A stretch of DNA of 64,000 bases from NCBI GenBank assembly GCA_963844305.1, contig CAWJNT010000004.1, forward strand, positions 2,956 through 66,955. Direction: 5' to 3'. The stretch comes from an uncultured Actinomycetota bacterium (GTDB lineage: Bacteria > Actinomycetota > Actinomycetes > Propionibacteriales > Nocardioidaceae). The stretch's first letter is position 1. Every line of letters begins with the position of its first letter. The notes below the pieces were generated by a model. That model saw nothing but the letters and a program-made list of their open reading frames with translations, had not been told where the DNA came from and did not search any database. Positions 10,184-18,879 of this stretch are shown here, piece by piece. The position numbers and the translations under genes were made by a program.

Positions 10184-10555
10184 ATGAGCACTCCATCCCT
10201 CGCCGACGCCGATCTGGCAGCGCTCGTCACCGAGTGGCTCGACTGGGCGGAGGCGGGGGAGCAGCTGGGGGTGACGCCCGCCAAGGTGCGCACCATGATC
10301 CGCGACCACGAGCTGGCCGCCGCCGTCTCCGCCCCCGGGGCGGGACCGCGAGTACCGGCCGCGTTCATCCAGGACGGGTTCGTGGTCAAGGGCCTGCCCG
10401 GCCTGCTGACCGTGCTGCACGACGGGGGCTTCGACGACCGGGAGTGCATCGCCTGGTTGTTCACCGACGACGACCTGCCCGGCCGACCGATCGACGCGCT
10501 GCGGGAGAACCGTGGCGCCGAGGTCAAGCGGCGGGCGCAGGCGATGGCGTTTTGA
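10184..10555 (+). CDS. Rv2175c-family DNA-binding protein
   Basis: WLDWAEAGEQLGV HTH, KGLPGLLTVLHDGG, WLFT..LPGRPIDAL...EVKRRAQAMAF. Confidence 0.85.
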   Translation: MSTPSLADADLAALVTEWLDWAEAGEQLGVTPAKVRTMIRDHELAAAVSAPGAGPRVPAAFIQDGFVVKGLPGLLTVLHDGGFDDRECIAWLFTDDDLPGRPIDALRENRGAEVKRRAQAMAF

Positions 10556-10586
10556 TCCGTAGTAACCGACGAGAGGAAATCGCTCG

Positions 10587-11018
10587 ATGAGTGGACTGGC
10601 CGCACTGCTGGCAGGGCGCAAGGAGCCCGGCATCTTCAGATGGCACGGCGCCTTCGACGTCGATACCGTCCGCCACACGGTGGAGCACGCCGGATGGCAC
10701 TTCGGCTGGGTCGACGGCTGGCACGAGGAGACGTCCGATGAGTTCCTGGCCGGGTGCGCCGAGGCGCTGAACCTGCCCGAGGGCTCCGAGAAGAGCTTCG
10801 ACGCGCTGTCCGACGGCCTGCAGGAGGTCGGCAGCGACGGCTCCGGCACCGTCCTGCTCTGGGACGGCCACAGTCCGTTCTGCCGCCACGACGACCAGGC
10901 GTTCTCGGTCGCGCTGAGCGTGCTCGGCGGCCGGGTCAACGCCGACCGCGGCGGCCCGTTCGTGGTGCTGCTGCGCGGCGAGGGCCCCGACGTGCCGGGC
11001 GTCGCCAGCATCGACTGA
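10587..11018 (+). CDS. Barstar-family protein
   Basis: FLAGCAEALNLPE..KSFDALSDGL resembles barstar FP.YFG.NLDAL.D; GTVLLW. Confidence 0.7.
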   Translation: MSGLAALLAGRKEPGIFRWHGAFDVDTVRHTVEHAGWHFGWVDGWHEETSDEFLAGCAEALNLPEGSEKSFDALSDGLQEVGSDGSGTVLLWDGHSPFCRHDDQAFSVALSVLGGRVNADRGGPFVVLLRGEGPDVPGVASID

Positions 11019-11030
11019 TCCGGGCGGCCG

Positions 11031-11201
11031 CTAGCCGAGAAGGGCCAGCACTCCCCAGGCGAGCAGGCAGAAGAGTCCGACGACCACGGACGCGACGAAT
11101 CGAGCCCATAGCAGCCAGATCAGCGTCTTGCCTGCTGCCACTGGTGTGCCGAACCACTCCCGCCACTTGTCTCCGGTGCGGATGTCGTCCAGCAGGCGCA
11201 C
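11031..11201 (-). CDS. 56-aa small membrane protein (below ORF-track cutoff)
   Basis: GTG 11201 to TAG 11031 gives MRLLDDIRTGDKWREWFGTPVAAGKTLIWLLWARFVASVVVGLFCLLAWGVLALLG; starts 4 nt after the polyprenyl synthase stop. Confidence 0.5.
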   Translation of the reverse strand: MRLLDDIRTGDKWREWFGTPVAAGKTLIWLLWARFVASVVVGLFCLLAWGVLALLG

Positions 11202-11205
11202 CCGG

Positions 11206-12270
11206 TCAGACCACCCGGTCGGTCGCGGCGGAGGCCAGGTCGCGCAGCACGCCGCGTGCCCCCTCGTCGACGTCCGCCTTGTCCAGCGCGGCCAGGGCCA
11301 GGTCGACCAGCTCGCGGATCACCGACTCCACCTGCGCGTGCGCGCCCGACTCGTCGATGATCCGGCGCATCCGCTCGACCTGGTCGACGTCGAGCGGCGT
11401 ACCGAGCGAGCGGTCGAGCAGCGCCGCATCCTCCGTCGCGGCCGCATCGAGTGCGAGCGCGACGAGCACGGTGCGCTTCCCCTCCACCAGGTCGTCGCCG
11501 GCAGGCTTGCCGGTGGCGGCCGTGTCGCCGAACACCCCGAGCAGGTCGTCGCGCAGCTGGAACGCCTCGCCCACCGGCAGCCCGTACGCCGTGAGCTCGG
11601 CGAGCGTGTCGGGCCCGGCGCCGGCGAGGGCGGCGCCGACGTGAAGCGGCCGCTCGATGGAGTACTTGGCCGACTTGTAGCGCAGCACCGTCATCGCGGT
11701 GTCGACGTCGGCCCGGCCGCGTGCCTGCGCCGACACGTCGAGGAACTGCCCGGCGATCACCTCCGAGCGGCACAGGTCGAACACGTCCTGCGCGGCGGTC
11801 ACCCGCTCGGCCGGGAGCCCGCACCGGCGGAGCAGCTCGTCGGCCCAGCTGAGCAGCAGGTCGCCGAGCAGGATCGCCGCCGACGCGCCGTACTGGTGGG
11901 GGTCGCCGCGCCAGCCCGCGCCGCGGTGGGCGGCCTCGAACGCGCGGTGGGTTGCGGGCCGCCCGCGCCGGGTGTCGGAGGCGTCCATGTAGTCGTCGTG
12001 GACCAGGGCCGAGGCGTGCAGCAGCTCGAGGGCGGCGCAGGCCCGGAGCAGGGCGCGCTCGTCCTCGACGTCGGGCTGCACGGCGCGGTATCCCCAGTAG
12101 CAGAAGGCGGCGCGGAACCGTTTCCCGCCGGAGACCATGCCGCGTGCCTCCTCGAGCAGGCGGAACGCGTCCGAGCCGAGTGGGGTGAGCCGGGACTCCA
12201 TCTCGCCGAGGAACTCGTCGAGGGCCCGCTGGATGTTCGCCCGGAAGGCGTCCCCGTCCCAGATGGTCAC
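11206..12270 (-). CDS. Polyprenyl diphosphate (GGPP) synthase
   Basis: GGKRFRA, LVHDDYMDASDTRRG (FARM), GQFLD, YKSAKYS, FQLRDDLLG (SARM), GDDLVEGKRT. Confidence 0.9.
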   Translation of the reverse strand: MTIWDGDAFRANIQRALDEFLGEMESRLTPLGSDAFRLLEEARGMVSGGKRFRAAFCYWGYRAVQPDVEDERALLRACAALELLHASALVHDDYMDASDTRRGRPATHRAFEAAHRGAGWRGDPHQYGASAAILLGDLLLSWADELLRRCGLPAERVTAAQDVFDLCRSEVIAGQFLDVSAQARGRADVDTAMTVLRYKSAKYSIERPLHVGAALAGAGPDTLAELTAYGLPVGEAFQLRDDLLGVFGDTAATGKPAGDDLVEGKRTVLVALALDAAATEDAALLDRSLGTPLDVDQVERMRRIIDESGAHAQVESVIRELVDLALAALDKADVDEGARGVLRDLASAATDRVV

Positions 12271-12344
12271 CCGGACGAGGCTATGCCATGACTCACGTTG
12301 GACGGATGCAGGGGAACCGGCCTCGTTTACCTAGACTCTGCCGC

Positions 12345-13234
12345 ATGGTCCAGGGACGGAACCGCACGCATCGGCGAGGTCATCCGCGAGGGAGAGCGCT
12401 CGATCTCCTTCGAGTTCATGCCACCCCGCGACGAGGCCGGCGCTGCCCAGCTGTGGCAGGCGATCTCCGACCTCGAGCCCTACGAGCCGACGTTCGTCTC
12501 GGTGACGTACGGCGCCGGCGGCACCACCCGCGACACGACCGTCCAGATCACCGGCCGGATCGCGCGCGAGACGTCGCTGCGCGCGATGGGACACCTCACC
12601 TGCGTCGGTCACACCCGAGCCGAGCTGGCGACGATCCTCGAGTCCTACCGCGCCGCCGGGGTCCGCAACATCCTGGCGCTGCGGGGCGACCCCAAGGACG
12701 GGCCGAGCGCCCCCTGGACGCCCACCGAGGGCGGTCTCACCTACGCCGTCGAGCTGGTCGAGCTGGTGCGTGAGATGGGCGGCTTCACCATCGGCGTCGC
12801 CGCGTTCCCCGAGGGCCACCCGTCGGCCGAGTCGCTCGAGCACGACGCGCAGGTGCTGGTCGCGAAGGCCCGCGCCGGCGCGGAGTTCGCGGTCTCCCAG
12901 CTGTTCTTCCGGCCGCAGGACTACTTCGAGCTGGTCGAGCGGGTGCGCGCCCACGGCGTCGACATCCCCGTGCTTCCCGGCATCATGCCGATCCTCAACC
13001 TGAAGTCCGTGGCGCCGCATGGCCGAGCTGTCGGGGGCCGACATCCCGGCCGAGGTGATGGCCCGTTTCGACGGCGTGAGCGAGCCCGCCGACGTACGCA
13101 GGGTGGGCGTCGAGATCGCGACCGAGTTCTGCCAGGCACTGCTGGCGGGAGGCGCTCCGGGGCTGCACTTCTACACGCTGAACCGGTCCCGCGCCACGCT
13201 CGAGATCTTCGAGGCACTCAAGATCACCGTTTAA
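12345..13234 (+). CDS. metF: Methylenetetrahydrofolate reductase (frameshifts near the start and at ~13013)
   Basis: SFEFMPP, FVSVTYGAGG, HLTCV, LALRGDP, AFPEGHP, SQLFF, PGIMP, GLHFYTLN; TAGACT -10 lies 7 nt before ATG 12345. Confidence 0.88.
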
Positions 13235-13262
13235 CGGGTCCGCAGGGCGTACCGTGCATGCC

Positions 13263-13877
13263 ATGCGCACGATCACCGTCGTGGGGCGCGGGTCTGTTCG
13301 CGTCGTCCCCGACAACGCCGTGGTCCGGGTCGCGGCCGCGTACGGCGCCGATGGGGTCAAGGAAGCGCTCGCCGGCGTCGCCTCGGCCGTCGAGGCCCTC
13401 GGCAAGGTCGCCCGCACCTACACCGACGAGAACCGGATCGCTTCCCAGGAGCTCACCGTCTGGCCCTCGCTGGACTTCGAGGGGCTGCCGTCCGGCTTTC
13501 AAGCCCGGCACTCCCTCGCCATCGGCTGCGGCGACCTCAGCCGGGCCGGTGAGCTGGTCGCGGCCCTGGCCACCGAGGTCGGCGATCGCCTGCAGATCGA
13601 AGGGGTCGCGCTCGAGGTCTCCGACCAGGATGGCGCCCGCGCCGAGGCCCGGGAGGCGGCGTACGTCGACGCGGTCGCGCGGGCCCAGCAGCTCGCCGAC
13701 CTCGCGGGCGCCAAGGTGGGTGAGCTGCAGATGGTCAGCGAGGGCGTCGCGCACGTGCCGTCGCTGGTCGCCGACACCGCCTCCAGCGCGGCGTACGCGA
13801 CGAAGATGGAGGCCGGCTTCGAGCCCGGCGAGACCAGCGTGACGGCCTCGCTGACGGTGACCTTCCAGCTGGTCTGA
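13263..13877 (+). CDS. SIMPL (DUF541) domain protein
   Basis: ITVVGRGSVRVVPD, REAAYVDAVARAQQLADLAG, PGETSVTASLTVTF. Confidence 0.85.
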   Translation: MRTITVVGRGSVRVVPDNAVVRVAAAYGADGVKEALAGVASAVEALGKVARTYTDENRIASQELTVWPSLDFEGLPSGFQARHSLAIGCGDLSRAGELVAALATEVGDRLQIEGVALEVSDQDGARAEAREAAYVDAVARAQQLADLAGAKVGELQMVSEGVAHVPSLVADTASSAAYATKMEAGFEPGETSVTASLTVTFQLV

Positions 13878-13880
13878 CGC

Positions 13881-13945
13881 CGATAGTCCACGACGTTTTC
13901 GTCGTCGATCCGGCCATTTCTCGACCAGATCGTCGTGGACTATCG
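13881..13945. terminator. 15-bp perfect inverted repeat between convergent genes (bidirectional terminator or REP-like)
   Basis: cgatagtccacgacg (13881-13895) and cgtcgtggactatcg (13931-13945); internal alternative hairpin cgacg-tttt-cgtcg. Confidence 0.6.
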
Positions 13946-15248
13946 CTCCGCGGGCCCGACGACCTGGGCGACGAGGGCCGCCGAGAGCCCCACGAACGGC
14001 AGCCCGCCGCCGGGGGTGGCGTGCGCGCCCGCGGCGTACACACCCGGGATGGGGGTGGTCGGGCCGAGGCGCCGGCGGACGGTGGCACGGCCCTGCCACA
14101 GGACGCCGACGGGCGAACCGTTCCAGAGCTCGACCAGGTCGCGCGGGCTGCGGTCGATACGCGCCACGACCTGCTCCCGTACGTCGATCTTGCGGCGGGC
14201 GAGGGCGCGCAGGATGTCCTCGGCGAGCTTGCCGCGGCCGTGGACGGTCCACGCCGCGCAGCCGTCGGGCGCTTGCCCGCCGGTGCGCACGACCAGCATC
14301 GGGTCGCCGTGCAGCACCACCTCGTGCCCGAGGTCGGGCAGCTCGCCCTCGAGCCCGAGATGGGTGACGACCGGCGGGATCGCGGGCATCGTCCGCTCGA
14401 CGTACGGCGCCAGGGCCGGCAGGCGACGCGGGTCGATCGCGACCACGACGACCGTCGCGTCGAGCTCGCCCGCCGTGGTCGACACCGCCGCGACCCGGCC
14501 GTCGCGAACCACGACGTCGACAGCGGTCGTGTCGGTGAGGACGCTGACCTTCCGCGTCTCCATCCGGGCCCGCAGCACCTCGCCCAGGCGGGCGAGCCCG
14601 CCCGGCACCGTCCACGCGCCGAACCGCTGCTCGACGTACGACGTGACGCCGAGCCAGGCGGGCACGTTGCGCAGGTCGTGGCCGTCGGCGACGAACGGGT
14701 GCCCGGCGACCAGGCGCAGGCGTTCGTCCTTGAACGTCCTCTTGAGCCGCTTGAAGAGGACCTCGCGGCTGTCCAGCAGCCGGGCGAGCTCGCGCGAGGG
14801 GTGCTCGGGGTCCCACGGCACCTCGAGGTAGCCGCGTCGCAGCGTCTCCCAGTCGTCGGCGTACGACGCCACGTAGTCGACCCAGCGCTCGCCGAGCCCG
14901 CGGCCGAGCCCGTCGAACGCCGCGATCTGGGCCGCGCGCGAGCCACCGGGAAGCAGGACCGAGGAGCCGTCCTCGAACCGGTGCTCGCGGACATCGGGGA
15001 GCGGCTCGAGGTCGAGCTCGCGCTCCAGCGGACGTCCGGACTTGCGGAACAGGTCACGGATCACGGCCGGCAGCAGCGTCGACGACGGACCGGCGTCCCA
15101 CGCGAAGCCGTCCTCGGACGCGAACGACAGCGCGCCACCCACCGACGGCCGAGCGCTCGACCAGCGTGACCTCGTGGCCGAGCTTGGCGAGCCGTGCCGC
15201 GGAGGCGAGGCCCCCGAAGCCCCCACCCACCACCACGACCTGCGCCAT
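13940..15248 (-). CDS. Phytoene desaturase (CrtI)-like FAD-dependent oxidoreductase; frameshift near 15150
   Basis: MAQVVVVGGGFGGLASAARLA (Rossmann fold), WDAGPS, VPGGLARL, VYAAGAHATPGGGLPFVGLSA. Confidence 0.75.
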
Positions 15249-15258
15249 GGCGTGCACC

Positions 15259-16665
15259 CTATAGACGGAGGTCGGGTGCCGGCTCGACCGGCGGCAGCCC
15301 GGCGGCGTACTCCTCGTTGAGCAGCTCGAACAGCGCGGCGTTGAGCGGCGCCAGCCGGTCACCGGGCGCGAGTGCGACGCAGGGCTCGATCTTGGCGAAC
15401 ATCCCGGTGGGGGTGTCGGCCACCGCGAGCACGTTGCCGCGGTCGTGGTCGACGCGGGTGAGCCGTCGACCGTCATACCTGACGAGCAGCTCGTGCGGCC
15501 GGCCGACCTTGGCGCCCGCGACGACCGCGACCGGCTTGCCGACGCGCTCCGCGTCCATCAGCGGCACCAGCGACTCGAGGTCGGCGACACCCAGGCCGGT
15601 GTCGAGGCCGAGCAGGAGGTGGGTCTGCACCAGCCCGAGCAGCTCGTGCGCGACCTTGGCCTCGGTGGTGAGTCCGGCCGAGATGCGGGTGTTGAGCTCG
15701 GTCGGCCGGAACCCGTCGGCGGTCAGGACGCCGTCGATGCCGAACGCGCCGCGGTACCCGTACGCCGCCTGCAGGTGGGCGCCCACGCGCCGGGCCGCCT
15801 CGCGCATCGCGTCGCGGTCGGGGCGGGGCGGGTCCCAGAACGTCGACAGGCCGCCGTACACGAACTGCCGGCGGGCGACGTCGCGCAGGATCGCGATCTC
15901 GACCGGTCGGAAGACCGCCGTCCCGTCGGGCAGCACCAGGCCGTGGATGGAGCAGGGCACGCCGTCGAGGAACGGCATCACCCGCACGCGGTCGCAGCGT
16001 TCGCCGAAGAACGCGACGGCCGCCTCCTGGTCGGCCGCGCCGTCGACCCAGCGCACGAAGTTGCCGCCACCGTTGAAGCCGCCGCGGGTGTCGCCGGACC
16101 AGACGGCGCCGAGTGGCGACGCGAGCCGCGCCGTCGCCGCGGCCAGGGCCTCTGCGTCGACCGGCAGCACCTCGTACGGCGCGGCCGGGACTCCCGCCGC
16201 CGCCCAGATCTCCTCGGCGAGCAGCTTGTCCTCCATCGCCATGAACGCGGCCGGCCGGCCGTTGACGACCGGGCGGCCCAGGATCGGCTCGTCGTCGGTG
16301 ACGAACTGGCTGGCGTGCCACACCGCGCGGCGGTCGGGGTCGAAGGCCTCGATGGCCTCGATCGCGTGGTCGGGGAGGTGGTGGGCGAGGTGGTCGAGGG
16401 CGCGCAGCTCCTCGGTGACCGACTCGGCGTCGGGCATGGTGATCCGCACGACCGTGCAGGCCTCGATGCCGGGCACGGGACCGGCACCCTGCTCGGTGGC
16501 GATGACCAGGACCTCGCAGCCCAGGCGGTGCAGGAGCGTGACGATGCCCGTGTAGCCGGCCAGGATCCCCGGCCCGACGATCACCGGGCGGCCGGCGTAC
16601 AGGCGGCCGAGGCGCTCGACCACGGCGTCGCGCGCCGCCCGGTCGGCCAGGCCGGACCTAGCCAC
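15259..16665 (-). CDS. Uncharacterised ATP-grasp-fold protein
   Basis: EDKLLAEEIW, GFNGGG loop, VMPFLDG, GAFGIDGVL..GFRPTELNTR (D..ExNxR) match the ATP-grasp pattern. Confidence 0.6.
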   Translation of the reverse strand: MARSGLADRAARDAVVERLGRLYAGRPVIVGPGILAGYTGIVTLLHRLGCEVLVIATEQGAGPVPGIEACTVVRITMPDAESVTEELRALDHLAHHLPDHAIEAIEAFDPDRRAVWHASQFVTDDEPILGRPVVNGRPAAFMAMEDKLLAEEIWAAAGVPAAPYEVLPVDAEALAAATARLASPLGAVWSGDTRGGFNGGGNFVRWVDGAADQEAAVAFFGERCDRVRVMPFLDGVPCSIHGLVLPDGTAVFRPVEIAILRDVARRQFVYGGLSTFWDPPRPDRDAMREAARRVGAHLQAAYGYRGAFGIDGVLTADGFRPTELNTRISAGLTTEAKVAHELLGLVQTHLLLGLDTGLGVADLESLVPLMDAERVGKPVAVVAGAKVGRPHELLVRYDGRRLTRVDHDRGNVLAVADTPTGMFAKIEPCVALAPGDRLAPLNAALFELLNEEYAAGLPPVEPAPDLRL

Positions 16666-17020
16666 CGCTCTCGGCGCCGATCACGCGGCCGAGCGAGTCG
16701 GCGTCACGTCCGACGACGGTGGTGCCGTCGGCCGCGGTCATGATCGGCCGCTGGATCGCGCGCGGGTGGGCGGCGAGCGCCTCGAGCCACGCGTCACGTT
16801 GCGAAGGCTCGCGGGCGAGGTCGATGCCCTCCTCCCTGGCCTCCTTCGGCCGGGCGATGTCCCAGGGTTCGAGGCCGAGCCGCGAGAGCACGTCGGCGAG
16901 CTCGGCAGGCGTCGGCGGGTCGTCGAGGTAGCGCCGGACGGTGTACTCGACGCCGGCCGCGTCCAGCTCCGAGACGGCCGTGCGGCACTTGCTGCAAGCC
17001 GGGTTGAGCCAGATCTCCAT
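16658..17020 (-). CDS. ArsC/Spx-family thioredoxin-fold protein
   Basis: IWLNPACSKCR, RRYLDDPPT, HPRAIQRPI, VVGR. Confidence 0.85.
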   Translation of the reverse strand: MEIWLNPACSKCRTAVSELDAAGVEYTVRRYLDDPPTPAELADVLSRLGLEPWDIARPKEAREEGIDLAREPSQRDAWLEALAAHPRAIQRPIMTAADGTTVVGRDADSLGRVIGAESGG

Positions 17021-17493
17021 CACTCGACCTCGATGCCGGTGGCACCGGTCATCGCCACCAGCTCGTCGTACGTCGTGGAGTAGACGGCCGCCGGGTGGCC
17101 GGCGGCGGCCCAGACGACGTCGTACTTCTTCAGCCAGCTGTCGATGTACGTCGGCACGGGTCCGGGATGGCCGATGGGGGAGACACCGCCGATGACCTGG
17201 CCGGTGTGCTCGCGGACGAACTCGGGCTTGGCGCGCGCCAGGCGCCCGGCGCCGATGGTGGCCGCGGTCCGTTCGGTGTCGACGCGGTGCGCCCCGGAGG
17301 TCAGGATCAGGACGGGTGTGCCATGGTCGTCGAAGACGAGGCTGTTGGCGATCGCACCGACTTCACACCCCAGGGCCTGCGCGGCGAGCGCGGCGGTGTG
17401 GACGGACTCCGGCAGGATGACGATCTCACCGCTGCCGCCGCGGCGGGCGTGCTCGTCGCGAAATCGGATGATTGACGGGTGCTCGGTCGGCAT
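17020..17493 (-). CDS. YbaK/EbsC (ProX-like) aminoacyl-tRNA editing family protein
   Basis: TAALAAQALGCEVGAIANSLVF, SGAHRVD, TGQVIGGVSPIGH, WAAAG; TAGGGT -10 lies 7 nt before the ATG. Confidence 0.85.
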   Translation of the reverse strand: MPTEHPSIIRFRDEHARRGGSGEIVILPESVHTAALAAQALGCEVGAIANSLVFDDHGTPVLILTSGAHRVDTERTAATIGAGRLARAKPEFVREHTGQVIGGVSPIGHPGPVPTYIDSWLKKYDVVWAAAGHPAAVYSTTYDELVAMTGATGIEVE

Positions 17494-17530
17494 ACTGCGG
17501 ACCCTAGCGAGGCTTCGAGGAGGACGACGG

Positions 17531-17977
17531 ATGGGTCGGCAGCTGCCGCGGTCGGTGACCAGGGCGGTCCAGACGCAGGCGGCGCTCGTCGTCGTCAGTG
17601 GCCTGATCACGGTGCTGACCGCGATCCAGCGCGAGGAGCTCGAGGCGGCGTTCGTGGCCCGGGAGTCGCCCGACATCGACGTGCCCGCGTTCGTGCCCGT
17701 GGCGGTCGTGCTGTGGGTGACCTTCGCGCTGCTCGCCGCCGTGCTCGTCGTGTTCTTCCGCAGCGGCCACCCCTCGGCCCGGCTCAGCCTCACCGGGCTC
17801 GCGGCGTTCTTCCTGTTCACGATGCTCGTGATGTACCGGCAGGACCCGCCCGGCCTGTTCGACGTCCTCGCCGCGGTCGCGGCCGTGCTCGACGTCGTCC
17901 TCATCTACTTCCTGTGGCATCGCGAGACCAACGAGTTCATGCGTGGCGCCCAGCTCGCCGACGACCTGGAGCCCTGA
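17531..17977 (+). CDS. Hypothetical 4-TM membrane protein
   Basis: Four hydrophobic segments, AGGAGG RBS, GC-rich codon bias. Confidence 0.7.
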   Translation: MGRQLPRSVTRAVQTQAALVVVSGLITVLTAIQREELEAAFVARESPDIDVPAFVPVAVVLWVTFALLAAVLVVFFRSGHPSARLSLTGLAAFFLFTMLVMYRQDPPGLFDVLAAVAAVLDVVLIYFLWHRETNEFMRGAQLADDLEP

Positions 17978-18259
17978 CTACTCCTCGGTCGTCGTCCACG
18001 GTTTCCAGTCGGGATCGCGGGCCTCATGGGGTCGCGGCGGGCGCGTCCTGGTCCGGTCCTCGGGGTGCACGAAGCCGCGCGACAGGTAACGCTGCTGGCC
18101 CTCGATCAGGCTGATCCCGTTCGGCCCGCTGATCGCCGCGGGCTCTGAGTCGTCGTCCTCCCAGAAGCAGACCGCGCACACCTCGTAGGCCCCGGGGCCC
18201 TCACGCAGGGTGCGGTACCCGCAGCAGGGACAGGCGACGCGTTCGGGCATGGCGCCCAT
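17978..18259 (-). CDS. CPCC-type cysteine-rich protein
   Basis: ACPCCGYRTL..YEVCAVCFWEDD..GPNGISLIEGQQRY. Confidence 0.8.
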   Translation of the reverse strand: MGAMPERVACPCCGYRTLREGPGAYEVCAVCFWEDDDSEPAAISGPNGISLIEGQQRYLSRGFVHPEDRTRTRPPRPHEARDPDWKPWTTTEE

Positions 18260-18314
18260 GATGGGCCACGAATCGTGTCCGCGGCCCGATGTCCACACCA
18301 CTCCGGCGCAGGTC

Positions 18315-18370
18315 TTGACGTCCTGTCGGCGGCGCGGTGTAGCGTTCTCGTTGTTCGAACAGATGTTCGA
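18315..18370 (+). promoter_or_regulatory. Sigma70-type promoter with a LexA (SOS) box
   Basis: TTGACG 18315-18320, TAGCGT 18340-18345, perfect actinobacterial SOS box TCGAAC-AGAT-GTTCGA 18355-18370. Confidence 0.8.
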
Positions 18371-18495
18371 TCCGGTCCGGCGGAGACGACCTCGACCCCC
18401 GTCTCCGCCGGGCGGCCGGTCCGGTCGCGAGCGCCGAGGCAGAGCCATCCGCAGGGGTCATCGGCAGGGGTCGAGCGATGCTGGGAGAGGAACAC

Positions 18496-18867
18496 GTGAG
18501 GCGGTACGACGACCCCGTCGAGGTGCGCAGGGGGCTGGTGACCGGGATCGAGGGTCCCGAGCAGTTCCTCTGGCGCGGGCGCTTGTGGAAGGTGCGCGCG
18601 GTGCTCGCGCACTGGGTGGAGACCGGGCCCTGGTGGCAGTCGTCCGGGGTGCGGGCGGTGATCGGGTCCGACGACGCCGCGCACGCCGGTCCCGCCGCCA
18701 CGCCCCCGTCGACGCCGTCGACGCCGTCGACGCCGTCGCCCGACCTGCTCGGCGAGCGGGAGCTGTGGCGGGTCGAGGCCGGCCGGGGCGGCGACACCGA
18801 CGGAGTCTTCGACCTGTCCTTCGACTGGAACGACGGCCACTGGCAGCTCATCGGCTGCGAGGACTGA
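18496..18867 (+). CDS. DUF6504-like protein resembling the ImuB C-terminal domain
   Basis: MRRYDDPVEV, PEQFLWRGRLWKV..HWVETGPWW, RELWRVEA, GVFDLSFD..WQLIGCED; GGAGAGG RBS; first gene after the SOS box. Confidence 0.75.
   Translation: MRRYDDPVEVRRGLVTGIEGPEQFLWRGRLWKVRAVLAHWVETGPWWQSSGVRAVIGSDDAAHAGPAATPPSTPSTPSTPSPDLLGERELWRVEAGRGGDTDGVFDLSFDWNDGHWQLIGCED
18706..18738 (+). repeat. In-frame 9-bp tandem repeat (ccgtcgacg x3 plus partial; PST-PST-PST-PS)
   Basis: Read directly from the sequence. Confidence 0.85.
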
Positions 18868-18879
18868 GGAGGTGCCCCG

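Noticed and set aside
12345-15248. Frameshifts in metF and the CrtI-like gene as programmed frameshifting or pseudogenes
   Set aside because: No slippery heptamer or stimulatory structure was noticed and motifs are intact on both sides; sequencing indels are more parsimonious.
11206-15248. Complete carotenoid cluster
   Set aside because: Only a prenyl synthase and a short CrtI-like oxidoreductase are present; no phytoene synthase or cyclase was recognised.
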